A stretch of 64,000 bases of DNA from an uncultured Actinomycetes bacterium (GTDB lineage: Bacteria > Actinomycetota > UBA4738 > HRBIN12), in contig CAWHGC010000017.1 in assembly GCA_963828885.1 (NCBI GenBank), positions 34,522 to 98,521 on the forward strand. Direction: 5' to 3'. The translations under genes and the position numbers were made by a program. This document shows, in pieces, positions 60,747-64,000 of this stretch. Numbering within the stretch: position 1 is the stretch's first letter; the number at the start of each line of letters is the position of its first letter. The notes under the pieces are model-generated. The model was not told the origin of the DNA. It worked only from the letters and a program-made list of their open reading frames with translations, and did not search any database.

Positions 60747-62175
60747 ATGCGGGCCATGCCGGATCCCCATCCCGACGAGCTGCCCGAGGTGCTGGACCTG
60801 GCCGCCCGCGAGGCGGCCGCGTACCTCAAGGGGATCGCCGACCGGCCGGTGCGCGACCCTCGTGCGGACGAGGCCGCCGCCGCGTTCGGCGGATCGCTGC
60901 CCGAGCAGGGCGTCGGCGCCGTCGCCGCGCTCGAGGAGCTCGTCGCCGGGTTCGGCGCGGCCGTGCACTCGGCCGGGCCCAAGTTCTTCCACTTCGTGAA
61001 CGGCGGCACGACGCCGGCGGCCCTCGGCGCGGACTGGCTGACCTCGACGCTGGACCAGAACTCGGGCGCGTGGGTGGCGACGCCGCTCGCCGGGCGGCTG
61101 GAGCAGGTGGCCGTCGGGTGGCTGAAGGAGCTGTTCGGGCTCCCGCCGGCGTGGGGCGGCGTGCTGACGACGGGCGCCACGATGGCGAACTTCGTCGCGC
61201 TCGGGTGCGCCCGGCGCTGGGCGGGGCAGCGCCACGGCGTGGACGTCGACGATGCCGGGCTGTCGGGCCTGCCGCCGCTGCCGGTGTTCGGCAGCGGGTA
61301 CGTGCACCCGAGCGACGTGAAGGCGCTCGGCATGCTCGGCGTCGGGCGCGGGAACGTGCGGACCTTCACCCGCGACGACGTGGGCCGGCTGGACGCCGAC
61401 GGCCTCGAGGCGGCGCTGCGCGACCTCGACGGCGCGCCCTCGATCGTCATCGGGAGCGCCGGCGAGGTGAACGCGGGCGACTTCGACGACCTCGAGGTCA
61501 TGGCCGACCTCGCGGAGCGCTACGGCGCGTGGCTGCACGTGGACGGGGCCTTCGGCCTGTTCGCGGCCCTGTCGCCGCGCACGAGCCATCTGGTCGCCGG
61601 CGTCGACCGGGCCGACTCCGTCATCGCCGACGGCCACAAGTGGCTGAACGTCCCGTACGAGTCCGGCTTCGCGTTCGTGAAGGACGCCTCGCTGCTGCCG
61701 CAGGTGTTCGGCTCCGGCGCCGCGTACCTGCCCGACATCGACGACCCGATGCCGAACTGGGGCTACCTGGGTCCGGAGATGTCGCGGCGGGCGCGGTCGA
61801 TCCCGGTCTGGGCGACGCTGCGGGCGTACGGCCGCGAGGGCCACCGCGCCGTCGTGGAGCGCGACCTGGACCTCGCGCAGCACCTGGCCGGGGTGGTGGA
61901 CGCCGCGCCGGACCTCGAGCGGCTGGCGGAGGTGCCGCTCAACATCGTGTGCTTCCGGTACCGGCCCGAGGGCTCCCAGGACGGTCCCGAGCTCGACGAC
62001 CTGAACCGCCGGATCGGGGAGGAGGCCCTGAAGGACGGGCGCGTCTTCTTCGGCGCCACCCGGTACGGCGGCACGGACGGCCTTCCGCCCGGCGATGGTG
62101 AACTGGCGCACGAGGCCCGCCGACGTCGAGCTCGTGCCGCAGGTCGTGCGCGAGATCGGCGCGCGCCTGCGCTGA
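60747..62175 (+). CDS. Pyridoxal-phosphate-dependent decarboxylase (group II, DABA/glutamate decarboxylase-like), with a frame change near the C-terminus (about 62095)
   Basis: TTGATMANFVALGCARR, DGHKWLNVPYESGFAFV (PLP-lysine region). The last roughly 25 aa continue in another frame, ending ...VVREIGARLR with TGA at 62173-62175. Confidence 0.7.
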
Positions 62176-62195
62176 GCGTCGATCGGCGTTCGAGC

Positions 62196-62225
62196 TTCAG
62201 GTGTGTCCGTGCCCGGCCGTATACT
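62196..62225 (+). promoter_or_regulatory. Candidate sigma-A promoter for ssrA (TTCAGG-18nt-TATACT)
   Basis: The hexamers are read from the sequence, about 20 nt upstream of the mature tmRNA 5' end. Their function is inferred, not shown. Confidence 0.3.
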
Positions 62226-62245
62226 CGTCGAGGACAACTGCATAT

Positions 62246-62596
62246 GGGGGTGTACTGGCTTCGACTTGGACGTTCACCGTCCGGGGGAAGCGGGCCGTGA
62301 TCCCGGATGTCACGTTAAACGCCGGATCAATACAAGCGCCGATAACTACGCGCTCGCTGCCTAATTAGTTAGGTAGCCGTCCCCTCCGGGGCGCCTGCGC
62401 CTGGAGGATGGACGTCGTCAGCAGGCTCACGGACGTGGTTCCGCTCGGGGGCCGCGACCGGACATCGAACCCGAGCTGGCCGAGAGGTGCTCCGCCGGTG
62501 GGAGCCTCGAGGCGAGACTTCACCCACCTGGCTGCGCCCGGAGAAGACCCGGTCGGTCGCCCGAGCACGGGGGTTCGAATCCCCCCACCTCCACCA
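62246..62596 (+). ncRNA. ssrA: Transfer-messenger RNA (tmRNA, ssrA)
   Basis: 5' GGGGGUGUACUGGCUUCGAC pairs with 3' ...CACCUCCACCA to form a 7-bp acceptor stem. T-arm GGGGGUUCGAAUCCCCCC. Internal tag ORF ...AAUACAAGC GCC GAU AAC UAC GCG CUC GCU GCC UAA (ADNYALAA, with an actinobacterial-type YALAA ending). Lies downstream of smpB as in Mtb. Confidence 0.88.
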
Positions 62597-62603
62597 TGTC
62601 GCG

Positions 62604-62626
62604 GAGCCCGCCCCACCGGCGGGCTC
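62604..62626 (+). terminator. GC-rich hairpin (GAGCCCGCC-CCACC-GGCGGGCTC) directly after the tmRNA 3' end
   Basis: A perfect 9-bp inverted repeat with no U tract, as is typical of actinobacterial terminators. Confidence 0.45.
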
Positions 62627-62707
62627 CTCGCGTGTAACGGTTCGACGGCCGGCGCGACCGTGTGGCAAGGTTCGCCGCGTCCGTTCGACCACAGGGGGTT
62701 CCAGACC

Positions 62708-63367
62708 ATGGCGGAGTTCAGGGCCGTGATGCTCAACTGCACGCTGAAGTACTCGCCCGAGGTCTCCAACACCGAGGCGCTGATGCTGAAGGTGAAGGAC
62801 TGGTGGGACACCATGGACGTGGACACCGAGATCGTGCGGATCACCGACTACAACGTCCGCTTCGGCATCAGCTCCGACGAGGGCAACGGCGACGAGTGGC
62901 CGACGATCCTCGAGAAGATCAAGGCGGCCGACATCATCTGCATCGGCACGCCGATCTGGTTCGGCGTCCGGGGCTCGGTCGCGCAGCTCGTGATCGAGCG
63001 CCTGGACGGCACGTACAACGAGCGGAACGCGGCCGGGCAGTACCCGCTGTACAACAAGGTCGGCTGCGTCGTCGTGACCGGCAACGAGGACGGGGCGCAC
63101 GCGGCGGCCGAGACCACCCTGTTCAACCTCACGCACCTGGGCTGCGTGATCCCGCCGAACGCCGACACGTACTGGGTCGGCGACGCCGGCCCCGGTCCGA
63201 GCTACATCGAGGCCGGCGGCGACCAGCACCCCTACACGCAGCGCACGACCAGGTGGATGGCGCACAACGCCGTGCACATGGCGCGGATCCTGCGCGCGAC
63301 GCCGATCCCGGCCGAGGGCAACACGTTCGACGACGAGACCGACCACGGCCCCATGCACAACGGCTGA
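62708..63367 (+). CDS. NADPH-dependent FMN reductase / flavodoxin-like fold protein
   Basis: MAEFRAVMLNCTLKYSP...ADIICIGTPIWFGVRGS... flavodoxin-like motifs. Confidence 0.75.
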   Translation: MAEFRAVMLNCTLKYSPEVSNTEALMLKVKDWWDTMDVDTEIVRITDYNVRFGISSDEGNGDEWPTILEKIKAADIICIGTPIWFGVRGSVAQLVIERLDGTYNERNAAGQYPLYNKVGCVVVTGNEDGAHAAAETTLFNLTHLGCVIPPNADTYWVGDAGPGPSYIEAGGDQHPYTQRTTRWMAHNAVHMARILRATPIPAEGNTFDDETDHGPMHNG

Positions 63368-63373
63368 TCGGGC

Positions 63374-64000
63374 TCAGTCGACCGTGGAGATGCCCGGGTC
63401 CGCGCCCGGGTAGCGCGTGTCGCCGAACACCGAGAGGTCGGTGTCGGCGAGCGTCGCCAGGAACTCGGTCGCGAACACGGCGGCGAACTCGGCGTTGTCC
63501 AGGAGGTCGTGCTCGATCGCGTCGTCGTGGATGTACGGCCCGATGTTCTCGCCGTAGCGGTAGTCGCGCAGGAACGCGGCCACGTCGCCGCGCGTGATGC
63601 CCAGGTCGTCGAGCGCCTGTGCGTTCAGGTAGATCTCCGACGGCACCACGCTCTCGATCAGGCGGTAGCGGCCGCCGTGGAACCTCGCCTCGATGTCCTT
63701 GCCGAGCTCCGTCGGGTCCACGCGCGTGCCGTTCACGTCGTCGGGCAGCGGGCACTGGCCGTGGTCGGCCGCCACGATGAGGGCGTAGCCGCCCGGGCCG
63801 AACCGGTCCTCGAGCAGCGCGGCGACGCGCCCGAGCTGGGCGTCGACCTCGGCGAGGATCGTCTCCTCGCGCGGGTCGGCCATGTTGTAGATGTGCCCGG
63901 CGTAGTCGGGCGCCTTGAAGTTGATGAACAGCAGGCTGGGGTCCTCGCCGGTGCCGATCGGCTCGGAGTCGAACGCGGCCTCGATCAGATCGCCCTGGAA
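63374..64000 (-). CDS. Alkaline-phosphatase-superfamily (nucleotide pyrophosphatase/phosphodiesterase-like) protein; the C-terminal part only, since the gene runs off the window edge
   Basis: The frame continues upstream of the listed M (…INFKAPDYAGHIYNMADPREE…) to position 64000 without a stop. AP-superfamily motifs IVAADHGQCP. Confidence 0.55.
   Translation of the reverse strand, partial: FQGDLIEAAFDSEPIGTGEDPSLLFINFKAPDYAGHIYNMADPREETILAEVDAQLGRVAALLEDRFGPGGYALIVAADHGQCPLPDDVNGTRVDPTELGKDIEARFHGGRYRLIESVVPSEIYLNAQALDDLGITRGDVAAFLRDYRYGENIGPYIHDDAIEHDLLDNAEFAAVFATEFLATLADTDLSVFGDTRYPGADPGISTVD

Overview
High-GC (~72%) actinobacterial chromosomal segment with no mobile elements, CRISPR arrays or rRNA genes. 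Gene order is syntenic with two conserved Mycobacterium/Corynebacteriales neighbourhoods. One matches M. tuberculosis (Mtb) Rv3240c-Rv3267: LCP-rmlD-wbbL-manC, whiB2-fbiA-fbiB, DUF3499, pmmA, manA, sahH, comF-like, hpf, secA1. The other matches Rv3100c-Rv3105c: prfB-ftsE-ftsX-smpB-ssrA. Contents, roughly in order: a frameshifted AlkZ/YcaQ-like gene; aconitase; a minus-strand cluster of response regulator / ECF sigma / RskA-like anti-sigma / secreted acidic repeat protein / small membrane protein / ApbE / ferric-reductase-like protein; a ~16 kb cell-wall glycopolymer locus (LCP, rmlA/B/D, three GT4 and one GT2 glycosyltransferases, Wzm/Wzt ABC exporter, EamA-like protein, manC-like gene, PLC-family phosphoesterase, SpoIID/LGFP protein); two tandem DUF3105 genes; an NCS2 permease; F420 biosynthesis genes (fbiB, fbiA, fbiC); whiB with a 20-bp perfect palindrome upstream; a Lys/Ala-repeat histone-like protein; a 1044-aa GT2-polytopic membrane fusion coupled to a 459-aa secreted protein; an L,D-transpeptidase; sugar-phosphate and purine/SAM housekeeping genes; comF-like, hpf, a NarL-type regulator, an ALS-like TPP enzyme, secA, a PrmC-like methyltransferase, and prfB carrying its classical programmed +1 frameshift site; a membrane spermidine-synthase-like protein convergent with YfhO; ftsEX, smpB, a PLP decarboxylase, tmRNA (missed by the ORF track), an FMN reductase and a partial alkaline-phosphatase-superfamily gene. 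About 25 conserved genes, including essential secA and ftsX, are split across reading frames. Apart from the programmed prfB case, this most likely reflects indel errors in the assembly rather than biology.
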